From assembly GCF_020745735.1 (NCBI RefSeq), contig NC_083401.1, forward strand, positions 78,861,740 through 78,925,739: a stretch of DNA of 64,000 nucleotides, written 5' to 3'. The notes beneath the pieces are model-generated. The model saw only the letters and a program-made list of their open reading frames with translations. It ran no database searches and was not told the DNA's origin. The DNA comes from Hemiscyllium ocellatum (taxonomy: Eukaryota). Both the position numbers and the translations under genes were made by a program. Shown here in pieces: positions 23,286 through 35,766 of this stretch. Numbering within the stretch: position 1 is the stretch's first letter; each line of letters opens with the position of its first letter.

Positions 23286-25799
23286 TATGGTGTTTCTGAA
23301 TTTTTACTACATCAATAAAACTACATTATTTTCTAAGGACATCCTTAAGATTTTAGACAGCATATTCATTGTTTTTTTCTTTTTTTAAGGACACTACCTT
23401 TTTTTTTAACTTTGTACCTTTGAGTATAGATGCTTGATATCATATCTTCATTGGTTATAATTATATATTAAGTATAGATTAAAAAATGCCCTTTTCCCCT
23501 CAAGAAATCCCTTTTAATTGACTCCTTATTAATGCAGTGGACAATGAATGACATCTAAAAGCACAAGAGCAACAGACACATGGGAACCTACAATTTGTTC
23601 TTCAACTTTATTGTGTTCCTAAACTAACACTGGGCCAAAATTCTGGAACTCCCTGCTTAACAGCACTGTGGTGCCTACTTTAGTAATTCAAGAAAGTGAT
23701 GCAGAAATTAGTAGCATGGTTCAGTTACAATGCAAATTTTTGTATTAAGGTCTAACTTCTGTTGGTGGGCAACCAGCTTTAGAATTATACAATTTCTTTG
23801 GACGTTTATCGCTTACGATTGTAAGAAACAAATATATAATAATACTTGAACTGATCTATCTTGTAGATACTGAGGATTGATATGTAAAACTTTATGTATT
23901 ATGCTCTGCTTAATCCTCAGTATTACTTTGACTTTGCTTTGTTTAATGCTGCAAATAACTTTGTAATCTATTTTCAGAACTAAAATAGCCACTCCAAACA
24001 CACCAGCCAGAGTAAAACATGTGGAAGCATCCAAAATGTAGCCAGTCATTTAAAGGTGACTGATCGAATCAACAACACACAGGTAAGATATGTGTATGAT
24101 TGAATTAAGAATTCTGACTAAATAAGCAAAATCTGACAATGAGTTCCTGTCTTGGAAGAATGGATATTAGTAGTCATTCAATGTAACAAGCCTTGCTTAG
24201 CTAATAAGAATCTAATCATGCACTGTTGCACCTCTCAGAGTTCAGGAAGATCAATGGTTATGATTGGGAAAAGCTTCATAAAGTTTGCTTTTCAGTGGCA
24301 TAGTATGCAGAATGCAGAGAAATTAAAGGAAATCTTTCAAAGTGACAGTATAATAGATGACAGAGGGCCAGTAGTCCATTGAATTGGCTGGGTCTACTGC
24401 CTTGTTAAGTGTCACTTCTGTTGTACTTATTTTGACGATTTAATAAGTTGGTGAATCTTGTCTATATACACTTGTACCCACAATGGCTTCACATTGGGCT
24501 AGACCTCGAGTCTTACAATTAATATTCAATTGGATTTCAAAATCCCAAAGTTCAGTGTTTCACTAGCATCTTCTCAAGAGCAATGACGGTTAGATAATAA
24601 ATACTGGCCCATCCAGTGTAATCCACATCCCATGAATGAATAATCAAAAAACACATTTGCCTAGCAATTGCCTTAGCTATTGCTTCATTAAAAGCCACCT
24701 GAACGCATTGTCTTCTTTGTATGAGAGTCATTCTGCCAAATGCCGGTGTGATGACAACTTTTCAGGAACAGCAAGCTGAGAAACTGATTTTTTTGGTATG
24801 CTTTCCAAATGTTCTTTAATCACACATATTGTTCTTTTGAAAGAACAGGTGTTAGATCTATAACACATAAGCGCTACTTTAATATTCCATATTCCTTTCT
24901 GAATAAATCAGATAAAACTAACAAAAAAAAGACAGGCTTGCTGATTATAAGGTTTAAAAGTATTCTCTGACCACTAGAGTTACAAATAATTTATAGAGAA
25001 TAATAGCTGAGTGGGAATGGGTTGCAAGAAGTTATTCAGTGAAACAGTTCAGATGATACTGTGAACTGCAGCAGTGAAAATTAAGTGGTTATCATCAGAA
25101 ACGCTGAGATTATGTTACGTTTTGAGACATACTCCTCACCATCTGCTGCTTTTTGTAATATATTTGATCCTTCCCTTTCTCTGTTTTGCTATACAAATTA
25201 ATTTTTGTTAGCACCATTCATCTTTGAAAGAAAGGATCTTATCTTCTACCATAATATGAGCTCAATAATGAGCTGCATATAACTAGTTCTATCTGGTTTC
25301 ACCAGTAAACATGAACCTGACATTGAGTCCTGCAAAATAGAGCTTCTCACATGAAGTCCTCTGATAACTTTAAGAGTCTGACCACCTCTAGGCAATCAAT
25401 GGTGTCACTTCTCTTAACCACTTAACACCCTGAATGAGCATCTTGAAAACTATCCACTTCTGGATTTAAGAGATTGATTAATGTCACAACTCCAGCTTGA
25501 GAAGTAATAAGCTTGACTTGATGAATATAGGTGGTTGCCAAGGCCATGAGGAATGAATCTTGAACAATTGTCACCTCAGCACACATTGATTGCTAGCATC
25601 ATCTAAAGCTGAAGACACCCACTTGCAGTTCAATTTCCCAGTTTATTTCAAGTATAATTTCATTTTTTGCCTGGCCTTGGGACCAAGTAATTGTGAAGGA
25701 GTATGCAAGCAATTGGGGGGGGGGGGGCAGCCCCAGCCTGAAAAATAAAAATCCAGATCTGCAAAAGGTCCAATTGATGTTAAGCTGGGACAATAATCC

Positions 25800-26230
25800 A
25801 TAGAACAATTATCGCACAGATGGAGGCCATTCAGGCTGCCATCTAGATACTGTCTCCGTGTAAGAGCAATTCAATAAGCCTCCATCCTTTGTCTGTAGAT
25901 CCAATTGCTACTTCTTTTTCAGATGATTATCCAGTTCCTTGTTATTGGAAACTCTGCTTAAATCAGCCTGCACTACACACTTAAGCAGTGCATTCCAGGT
26001 TCCAGCCAATTGCAGCATACAAAAGCCTTTCCTCATATCACTATTGTGTCTTTTGTCAATTACATTAACCAGGCATCACCTAATTCTTGATCTTTCCTCC
26101 AATGGGAACAGTTTGCCCCAATTACTCTACCTACACCTCTCATGATTCTGAATACCTCTATCAAATCTTCTTTCAGATTTCTCTTCCTTAGGGAGAAAAA
26201 TCTCAGGTTCTCCAATCCAGCACAAGTCCT
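25800..26230 (-). mobile_element. Old CR1 3' fragment
   Basis: CATAGAA..CACAGATGGAGGCCATTCAGG terminus; GCAGTGCATTCCAG; CATGATTCTGAATACCTCTATCAAATC. Confidence 0.65.
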
Positions 26231-27008
26231 GAAGAACTGGAGTAAACTGTAAAAAAACTGCCATTTATGCTTTTAGCTTGATGGATTCTATTATCTCTGA
26301 ATGAATTTAAAGGCAGTGACCAGAACAACTCTTTGGAAATCTATGGCCAGTGTGTTGTCTTCAAGTGGCCAACAGCCTAAGCAACCAGGCCCAGTGTAAA
26401 AGTGAATACTCTAAATTAAATACAGCTTCTGCAAGCAAGTCCTGATGGATGGAAAGAGGCAAGATTACCACAGGTCAAAACCAACAGGGACCAGCTTAGA
26501 CACATTTTGCACATCCAACAGAGGAGGTCAATCTTAACAAAGAGAGAGTCTTTATGACCTGAAACCCACCAACGGGTACTTAGCCAGAACAATAGGGAGA
26601 GACATTATGTGCATTCAGTTTCAACCTTGGCACCTTGGAGCCATACCTTGAAAGGGGACATGTGCACCTGGGATAATCTGGCCTAAACTTACTGGTGCTG
26701 TGAGCTCCTTCCCCCATTGGCTGAAACTAGAGGACATTCCAGAAGGGTAAAGGGATTAAAATCAGACAACTGGAGACAGCTCTCAGCAAAAATCTGACTG
26801 ACCTGCGGAGACCTGCCACCCAAGACAATGGAAGAAGGACATGTGAGAGCCACCTTTATACTTAGAAGATCCTGAGTGCTCTGTCAATGGAACTCAGTGA
26901 ATTGAATCCAGCAGGCCAATCAAGTTCTCCACAGTGAGTAGTATATGTGTTTTTCAGGCAGCCATCCTGGTTTATGGAAAAGTTGATTTAACTTGTTGCA
27001 TAAGACAG

Positions 27009-27338
27009 GGGGTGGCACGGTGGCTCAGTGGTTAGCACTGCTGCCTCACAGCGCCAGGGATCCGGCTTCAATTCCCGCCTTGGGCAACTGTCTGTGTGGA
27101 GTTTGCACATTCTCCCTGTGTCTGCATGGGTTTCCTCTGGGTGCTTCAGTTTCCTCCCACAGTCCAAAGATGTGCAGGTCAAGTGAATTGGCCATGCTAC
27201 ATTGCCCGTAGTGTTAAGTGCATTAGTCAGGGGTGAATGTAGGGGAATGGGTCTGGGTGGGTTGCTCTTCGGAGGGTCGGTGTGGACTTGTTGGGCCGAA
27301 GGGCCTGTTTCCACACTATAGTGAATCTAATCTAATCT
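27009..27338 (+). mobile_element. HE1 SINE, full length, young
   Basis: GGTGGCACGGTGGCTCAGTGGTTAGCACTGCTGCCTCACAGCGCCAGGG..V-domain..GGGCCGAAGGGCCTGTTTCCACAC..(AATCT)n. Confidence 0.95.
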
Positions 27339-27801
27339 TAAAAAAGAGAGTTGTTTCCCTGACTTCCACGATAATCCTCAACCCACACAACTATATACTC
27401 AGCCCCTCACTGTACTCCTTATACACTCACGACTGTGAGGCCACATTCAGCTCTAACTCCATTTACAAATTTGCTGATGGTACCACTGTAGTGGGCAACA
27501 GCAAGACAGAGTACAGGAAAGAGATAGACAGCTTAGTTACCTTATGTAAAAATGACAATCTCTCCCTCAATGTTAGCAAAATGAAGGAGCTGTGATTGAC
27601 CTTGGGAAGCAGAGTGGAGGACACACCCTGGTCTGGATCGATGGTGCTGAGGTGGAGGTGGTCAAAAGCTTCAAGTTCCTGGGAGTAAATATCACCAAAA
27701 GTCTGTCCTGGTCCATCCACATCAACAGTCAAGAAAACATACCAACACCTCTACTTCCTCAGAAGGCTAAGGAAATTTGGCATGCCCATGAGATTTTTAC
27801 C

Positions 27802-27872
27802 GCTGCAAATGTGTTGCTGGTCAAAGCACAGCAGGTTAGGCAGCATCTCAGGAATAGAGAATTCGACGTTTC
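27802..27872 (-). mobile_element. 71-bp PLE family A insertion, 12-bp TSD
   Basis: Identical to 62183-62253; TSD GAGATTTTTACC at 27790-27801 and 27873-27884. Confidence 0.92.
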
Positions 27873-28026
27873 GAGATTTTTACCAATTGTTATTGATGCA
27901 CCACCGGGAGTATCCTATCTGGATGCATTATGGCTTGGTATGGAAACTGCTCTGCCCAAGGCCCCTAGTTATCACAGAGAAGCCTGAATGCAGCCCAGTC
28001 CATCACAAAAATCAGCCTTCCTTCCA

Positions 28027-28154
28027 GTGAAGGAGTAAATTATCGCAGATGCCGGAATCTGTACTGAAAACAAAACATGTTGGAGATCACAACGGGTCAG
28101 GCAGCATCCATGGAGAGCAAGCTACTGTTTCAAGTCTAGATGACTCTTCATCAG
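28027..28154 (-). mobile_element. PLE terminal-repeat insertion with hammerhead-like core, 13-bp TSD
   Basis: TSD AGCCTTCCTTCCA at 28014-28026 and 28155-28167; minus strand begins CTGATGA-A-GAGTC/ATCTA/GACTT-GAAAC. Confidence 0.8.
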
Positions 28155-28939
28155 AGCCTTCCTTCCATTGGTTCTGCTTATATTTCCCAATCCTCAGGAC
28201 AGCAGCCACATAATCAAAGACCTCTCCCTCCCCAGTTATACTCTCTTCCACCGTCTTCTGTTAGGTAGATGGTATGTAAGCTCGAAAATGTACCAACAGG
28301 TTCAAGAAAGGCTTCTTCACTGCAGTTATCAGACTTATGAATGGACCCCTCATAGATTAGAGCCGATCTTTCTGTGCACCTTCTCTGTAGCTGTAACACT
28401 ATATTCTGCATTCTGTTCTATTACCCTGATGTTCTTAAGTAAGGTATGCTTTGCCTGGATAGCTCGCAGCACAATACTTTTCATTGTATCTCGGTACATG
28501 TGACAATAATAAATTAAATCAAATCAAATCAAATACAAGTGTTTTATCAAATCCAAGTTTGAACAACAGTCCCCCATTTGTCTCATAAGTTAACAGTACC
28601 TGCATAAATGCATCTTGAGTAATAAACTAGTCGAAGAGTCTGTATAGAATATTTCATAAGCAACAGTGTCCATCTGAATTCTTTCTCTCCTCAGTTTTAG
28701 CAGAAATACCGACTTTTATGAAGTGATTGAGCTAATGCCTCTCATTAAAATGCTGCTATACGTTGGTACCATTGAGGGCCATGGTTAAAAAATAAAATCA
28801 ATTTAAAGTTTAAATGTGTACTATTTGTAACTTGAAATAATTCCATTAGTGTAAGGTGAGAATTCCATTATTACGAGATGAGAAATGTAATTTGGTCAAA
28901 GGACCAGAGAACAGATACAAATCTTGGAGTTGGGGGAGG

Positions 28940-29165
28940 GGTTTTGGTTAGCTCAGTTGCCTGGATGGCTTGTTTGTGATGCAGAGTGACACCAACAGAA
29001 TATGTTTAAATTCTGTTTCAACTGAGGTCATCATGAAGGCCCCAGCTTTTTAATCTCATCCTTCATCTGAGGTGCGGTGACCCTCAGGTTAAACCACCAT
29101 CAGTTGTTCCTTTCTAATGAAAGCAGCCCTTTGGTCCTTTGGGCCTATGTGACTTTAGCTTTCCA
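28940..29165 (+). mobile_element. tRNA-derived SINE (here 'family S3')
   Basis: GGTTAGCTCAGTTG.CTGGATGGCT head; CTGAGGTG.GGTGACCCTCAGGTTAAAC..TTTCTAATGA; second copy at 57755-57952. Confidence 0.7.
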
Positions 29166-30534
29166 CTTGTTGAACAGAGCATGAGAGTGAAGCACCTCAT
29201 GGGTACAGCCAATATGTTTCACAGAATAACATTGAACCCTGAGTTGAAATTAATATTGACTTCAGCATAACTAACAATTAAAGCATTTTAGACTTTTTTT
29301 CAAATTCTGAGTTCTATAATTACTTTAAACATTGTTCACTGCATTTTAAAGATCAGGTGCTACCTGAATTCACTTGCTCAATTTCCTACCATTTTTCCTG
29401 TGAATAAGTAGGGAATAAAAGTATGTTTATCGTGGCAAGATAAAGACATCAAAGTCATTTAGCATTGCTTTGATCACAGGGCAGTCACAGTGAAGAGTAA
29501 TATTTCTTAAATTAGTGCTCTGCAGTATTGAATAGGTTATATGAAAGTAATATGTCAAGGGATTGTGATCAGAAGAAAAGCTTCAAAGCCTTCTTTCAGA
29601 ATTTGCTCCCGTGATCAGTGAATTCAATAAGCTGAGTTTCGGTATGCTAGTGAGTCACCAAGGGTGGTGAACTCTTTCTGGTCACTGCATGACTGGCATT
29701 CCAAATGTTCACTGGTGCAAAACTGTTTAAAGAACATGTAAAGAGATATCCGGAAGAATATAAGGTCAGGTGTTTGGTGAAATAGTGCTGTGTTCAGAAC
29801 TATATTAATGTCATCATTTTAATCATTTCCAAATAGAGTATTAAAAGACAAAGATAGAATAATAAAGGAGTAAGTAGTTGAGTAGGTTAAAAAAGGGAAA
29901 TTGCAGGATGTTTGGACAGCTAAAATATATTTCAGGTGGATATTAGTAGTGAATGTTAATTATTTCGCAGAGGTGTACAGACTATTGTGGATTAGCTAAA
30001 CATTTGTTTAATGATAAGCCATCATCAGAGGCACAATCATTTACTTTTGCAAAATTGAATTGCTGAGTTGCTTCAATGGCTCATTGAGTAATAAAAAGAA
30101 CTAATGTCCCAAGATCGATTGGACACAAGAGCTCCAGAGGTGTGTCATAACATCTTTGAACAGTTGATTAGAAGAATATCTAGGAAGAGGAAGGCCAGCC
30201 AGTGATCTCGCACTAAATACAATGCAGTAGTTTCAGTTCTTGACCCTGTGTGAGGGCAGTGCAGGTGTCACACTAAATAAACTGCTGCTGAGGTGCTCAT
30301 TAAAACAAGACTTGTGAACCATACCACAGCACAGGAACAGAGAGAAAAAGAATTTCAGAAAAATACTGAAACCAATGGTGCATAGGTCTATCAGCCACTA
30401 ATGATAAGCAGTTATAATGATGTAAACTTGAAGAGAGAACTAACAAATAAAAGCTTTCCAGAATTCTAACAATGCAAATATAAACACTGTCAGGTTGGAT
30501 TTCATCAACTCTGAGATGACTATGAGGTAGCCAG

Positions 30535-31828
30535 TAGCTAAGTTACAAAGAAAACGATTCCAGTAATTTCTTGTAAAATCATCATTCCTATAATGTTACA
30601 TATTTTCCAGTTATTATTTTCTTGTTATTCAATCAAAAATTACCTTTAAATTATGAGGTTTAGGGAACTCTTTATATTTAAAAATGCTAAATCCACTCCA
30701 GTAAAATATCCTAGGAACTAACTGCACCCAAGTATTGAGTCATTAGTCAGTAGATATTGGTATCAGTATATGCATAGCTCCATAGAAATCCATTGTATTT
30801 ATGAGACACTGACCATAATTGTATTCTCATGTTTTGGAGTGTTGATGATGAGCCCATACATAAGGCAACCAGACTTTGTTTGTTGCAGGACTTTTGCTGA
30901 ATTTTACAGGCATCAAACAAGTACCTGTTTACCATAAATGGTGTGTGTCTGCTGGAACTGCACTAGGATGAGGAGAATGTAAAAGGGCAAAGCAAAGTGC
31001 AGAGGTTCGCGCTCATTGTTCTCTCCAAGACATTTTGCCAGCATGGAAAAGGCAAAGGTTAACCTCTGTGCAGAACTTACTTCAGTGACTGGATCAGGGC
31101 AATTAACCAGGACTTATAAGGTCTTAATAGTCATTCTTAATAGTTAATAATTCTTTGCTCACCCCACCTCTCCAAATCCCCAACATCTCAGCAACACAGT
31201 CATACTGGCAGAAACAGCTGCCTTCACCAGCCCTCACATCATCAGGGAGCCTGATTGGCCCCACTACCCTCAGACCACATATGATTGGAGGAGTAGTGAA
31301 ATAATATGGAATTCTCTTCATCCTGGTGCAGTTCCAGTAGATAGACACCATTTCTGGTAACTAGTTATTTGCTTCATGCCTGTAACATGCAGCAAGGCCG
31401 TGCAATGAACAAAGTCTGGTAGCCTTACCTTTGAGCATGTTGTCAGGACTCCAAACTTGAGAATACAATTATAGTCAGTGTCTGATAAATTCAATATATT
31501 TCTAAGGAGTTATGTATATACTGATACCATCACCATCACTGAGTGAGGACTCAATAACCCTTTCCAGTTGGTTCCCGGGACATTTTAGTTGGATAGATGA
31601 CCATCCCAGTGAAACATACTCCTGGTAAACAGTCTCCTAGCTTCTTCAAGCATTGCCTCTTGTACCATTTTCAAACAGAAAATTGTTCCCTAAATCAGTA
31701 AAAACTCATTTTTCAAGGATAATTCTTGATTTTGGAACAGGAAGACAATAACTAGGAAATTTGTACATTACAGGAATGATTATTTTACAAGAAATTACTG
31801 GCAATCTTCTCTTTTTGTAAGTTAGCTA
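30535..31828. mobile_element. Old long-inverted-repeat (foldback or large MITE-like) element
   Basis: Arm 30535-30978 is the diverged reverse complement of 31311-31828 (e.g. GCTGGAACTGCACTAGGATGAGGAGAAT vs ATTCTCTTCATCCTGGTGCAGTTCCAG); ends TAGCTAAGTTAC and GTAAGTTAGCTA. Confidence 0.8.
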
Positions 31829-34462
31829 TTTCCCCATAATATTATTCTAAAATTTCATCTCATGTCATGGTCCCTAGGGATGGAGCCTCAAGTTGCCACA
31901 TATTCAACATATCTGGGCAATACTTCAATGCAACAAAGCAGACTTTCTAATGCATTCTAAATGCTTTATAATTTGAGTATGCAGTTCTCTGTTTTCTCAT
32001 TCCCTTTGATGCTGACGTCCCAGTTGAGTATATCAGTTTAATGTTGGGTGCTTCCAAGTATTTGAGAGGAAACTTTGCCCTTGCATGAGAACCTACCAGC
32101 AAATTGTCATCATGATTTGTCATCTCAAAAGCTGAACTGCAAGTGTCATCAATTATACACTTTGTCATTTGAAATTCGAAACATAAAGGTTTTGATCAGA
32201 TTTTGATAAGGAAAGTTATGTTCTTTTGTAACACCTTAAAAATAACCAATAATATCATTATTTACAGAAAGCAATTTTAATCAGATGAAATTAGCTGCTA
32301 ATCTGATTAAAATGCACAATCTAAGTAATGCTGAGCATCTAAGCTTTTTATTGACACGTTAACTAGTCTAAGTTAGGTGGACCATGGGATGGAAAAATGT
32401 GGTCTGATCCAGTACTGTCAGTTGGTGGGATCACATTAATAAAGAGGAATGCTAAGGAAGGGATACAATTAGGAATGTGGTACTGAGTGGAAAAGAATGA
32501 ATGTAGAGATGGACCAGGAATGAGGTCTTTTAAGGAATTGTGACAATTGTATGTGCTTGTTATTCAATATAATCTACCACGAGGGAGTGCAGTGGAGTGA
32601 ACAGGAAAATTTACTAACAGCTGTGTTTCAGATTTTCTTTGTGAAAATAATTGGATTACTTTGGAGCATGTGTTTGGTTATAAAGTATTATATCATTATA
32701 ATGAATGCTGATAAAAATAAATAGCCTTCTGCACTAATATGATCCTTTGTTATGATCCTAGCTAATGGCAAAAGCGAACAGAGTGAAATCTGACTTTAAA
32801 TAGACTGCATGTTATTTATTTTCTTCTTGTTTATCGTGGAGATTGGTTACTGTACACATTCACAAGAAGATGTCAGTGTACTCTTAACAGAAGAACATAG
32901 AGGTTTGTGACACAAAAGAAAAATACTTATAATGTTACACTGGATAAGAACAATTAGAATCATCGCATTCCAAATATTAGAAAGAATGATTCTTCTCTTT
33001 AACCACACCATTAACCTCAAATAACACTTAAATATCATTGAGGCATGGCATGACTGTAACTGTTTCCTTTGGGAAAATTTCTGCACATCTACCTGAGGCT
33101 ATATTCTTTATAATAAGTTCATAAGATATAGGAGCAGAATTAGGCTATTGGATCCATCAAATCTACTTCAATATTCAGTCATGCCTGTTATGCTCCTAAC
33201 CCCCATTTTCCTGCCTTGTCTCCATAACCCTTCAACTCATTACCAAGTAAAAATCTGTCTAACTCCTCCTTAAATTTCCTCACTGTCCCAGCATCCACCA
33301 CACTTTGGGGTAGTGAATTCCACAGATTCCCAACCCTTTGGAAGAAGTAGTTTCTCCTCAACACTGTTTTAAATTTGCTACCCTTTATCCTAAGACTATG
33401 ATCTCTCATCCTAGAATGCTGCACAATAGGAAGCATCTGATCCATGGCTATTTTATCCATGCCTTTTATCATCTTGAATACCTCAATTTGATCTCCCCTC
33501 ATTCTTCTAAATTCCAGGGAATATAGGCCTAAATTGTTCAATCTCTCTTCATATGACAAACCCCTCATCTCTGGGATGAATCTAGTTAACCTCCTCTGAA
33601 CTACCTCCAATGCCATTACATCTTTCCACAAATAAGAGGACCAAAACTGTGCACAATACTCCAGGTGCAGTCTCACCCAATATCTTTGCAACAACACTTC
33701 CTTACCTTCATATTCTATTCCCTTACCTACAAAAGCCAACATTCCATTCACTTTCTTTATTATTTACTGTATTGCATTCTGGTTTTCTGTGACTCATGAA
33801 TGAGTACACCCAGATCCCCCTGCACCAGATCACCCAAAGTCTCTCCCCATTAGGATAATAAGATGTCTTCCCATTTTTTCAACCCAAATGCATGAGTTCA
33901 CATTTATCCATGTTCAACTCCATCTGCCACATTTTGGCCCACTCTCCTAACTGATCTATATCCGTTTGTAAGATTCTTATTTCCTCATTGCAATTTACGA
34001 TCCCGCCTATTTTTGTGTCATCTGCAAATATGGCTATAGACCTTTCTATCCCTGTGTCCATGTCATTAATGTAGATTGTAAATAGTTGGCATCCAAGGAC
34101 AAAATCCTGTGGCACCCCATAAGCTACATTTTGCCATTCATCAAAAAAAATTCTAACTCTCCGTCTTGTGTCCATGAGCCAGTCATCAAACCAGGCTAAT
34201 GAATTATCCTAATCACATATGATTCAACTTTGTGAATTAACCTTGTGGGGCACCTTACCAAACATTTTCTGGAAGTCAGGATAAATCACAGCATCCCCAT
34301 TATCTAATTTGCTTGTTACTTCTTCAAAGAACTCTAGCAAATGAGTCAAACATGATTTGCCTTTTATAACATCAAGCTGACTCTGATAGATAGCATTTAG
34401 ACTTTCCAAATGTCCTAATATTACTTCCTGGAAAATTGATTCCAACACTTTCCCAGCAAAAG

Positions 34463-34700
34463 ACACAGTGGCACAGTGGTTAGCCAGAGATCCGGGTTCA
34501 ATTCCCACCTCAGGCAATGCTCTGTGTGGAGTTTGTACATTGTGTCTGTGTGGGTTTCCTCCCACAATCCAAAAATGTGTAGGTTAGGTGAACTGGCCAT
34601 GCTAAATTGCTCATAGTGTTAGGTGAAGGGGTAAAATGTGGGTTGGTGTGGATTTGTTGGGCCAAAGGGCCTGTTTCCACACTGTAAGTAATCTAAACTA
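34463..34700 (+). mobile_element. HE1 SINE with internal deletions
   Basis: CACAGTGGCACAGTGGTTAGC..GGGTTCAATTCC..GGGCCTGTTTCCACACTGTAAGTAATCTAA. Confidence 0.88.
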
Positions 34701-34970
34701 ACAGATGTTAAACTAACTGGTTTGTAATTTCCCACATTTTGCCTCCCTCTCTTTTTGAATATTACCCATTTTACAATCCACCATAACCTTTCCTATGTCC
34801 AGGGAATTTTAGAATATTGTAACCAATGAATCTACTATCTCCGTTGTCACTTCCTTTAATATGCTACGATGCAGGACATCAGGCCTGGGAGACTTGTCTG
34901 TCCTCAATCCTAGTTTTGCTTAGCACCTTTTCCTTATCGATGTTGATTATTCTAAGTTCTATTTTATCTC

Positions 34971-35766
34971 AGAGTCATTGAGTCATAGAGATGTACAGCA
35001 TGGAAACAGACACTTTGAATCAACTTGTCCACACCGACCAGATATCCCAACCCAATCTAGTCCCACTTGCCAGCACCTGGCCCATATCCCTCCAAAGCCT
35101 TCCTATTCATATACCCATCCAGATCCCTTTTAAATGTTGCAATTGTACCAGCCTCCACCACTTCCTCTGGCAGCTCATTCCATAAATGTACCATCCTCTG
35201 TGTGAAAAGTTTGCCCCTTAGGTCTCTTTTATATCTTTCCCCTCTCACCCTAAACCCATGCCCTCTAGTTCTGGACTCTTCAACCCCAGGGAAGACTTTG
35301 TCTATTTATCCTCTCCATGTCTCTCATGATTTTATAAACCTCTATGAGGTTATCCCTCAGCCTCCGACGCTCCAGGCAAAACAGCCCTAGCCTATTCAAC
35401 CTCTCCCTACAGCTCAAATCCTTCAAACCTGGCAAAATCCTTGTAAATCTTTTCTGAACTCTGCCAAGTTTAACAACATCTTTCCGATAGGAAGGAGATC
35501 AAAACTGCATGCAATATTCTAACAGTGGCCTAACCAATGTCCTGTACAGCTGCAACATGACCTCCCAATTCCTGTATTCAGTATTATGACCAATAAAGAA
35601 AAGCATACCAAACACCTTTTTCACTACCCTGTCTACCTGTGACTCCACTTTCAAGGAGCTATGAACCTGCACTCCAAGGTCTCCTTGTTCAGCAACACTC
35701 CCTAGGATCTTTCCATTAAGTGTAAAAGTCCTGCTAAGATTTGCTTTCCCAAAATGCAGCACCTCA
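34971..35766 (-). mobile_element. Younger CR1 3' fragment nested in the older CR1
   Basis: AGAGTCATTGAGTCATAGAG tail; LHFGKANLSRTFTLNG..EYCMQF; WNELPEEVVEAG. Confidence 0.9.

Larger units (their letters stand above)
27360..28534 (+). mobile_element. Rex1/Babar-clade LINE 3' fragment
   Basis: ILSPSLYSLYTHDC..SNSIYKFADGTTVVG..NLSLNVSKMKEL; IDGAEVEVVKSFKFLGVNI; ends TGTGACAATAATAAATTAAATC(AAATC)n. Confidence 0.85.
26353..28665 (+). mobile_element. Candidate solo LTR with nested HE1, Rex1 and PLE insertions
   Basis: Ends TGTTG (26353) and CAACA (28661-28665), each flanked by GTG; internal ATTGG and GGATTAAAA near 26716-26760; AATAAA at 28621. Confidence 0.45.

Noticed and set aside
23977-24083. 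Exon-like segment (TTTTCAG ... CAG|GTAAGA)
   Set aside because: Stops in all three frames; cannot be supported without RNA data
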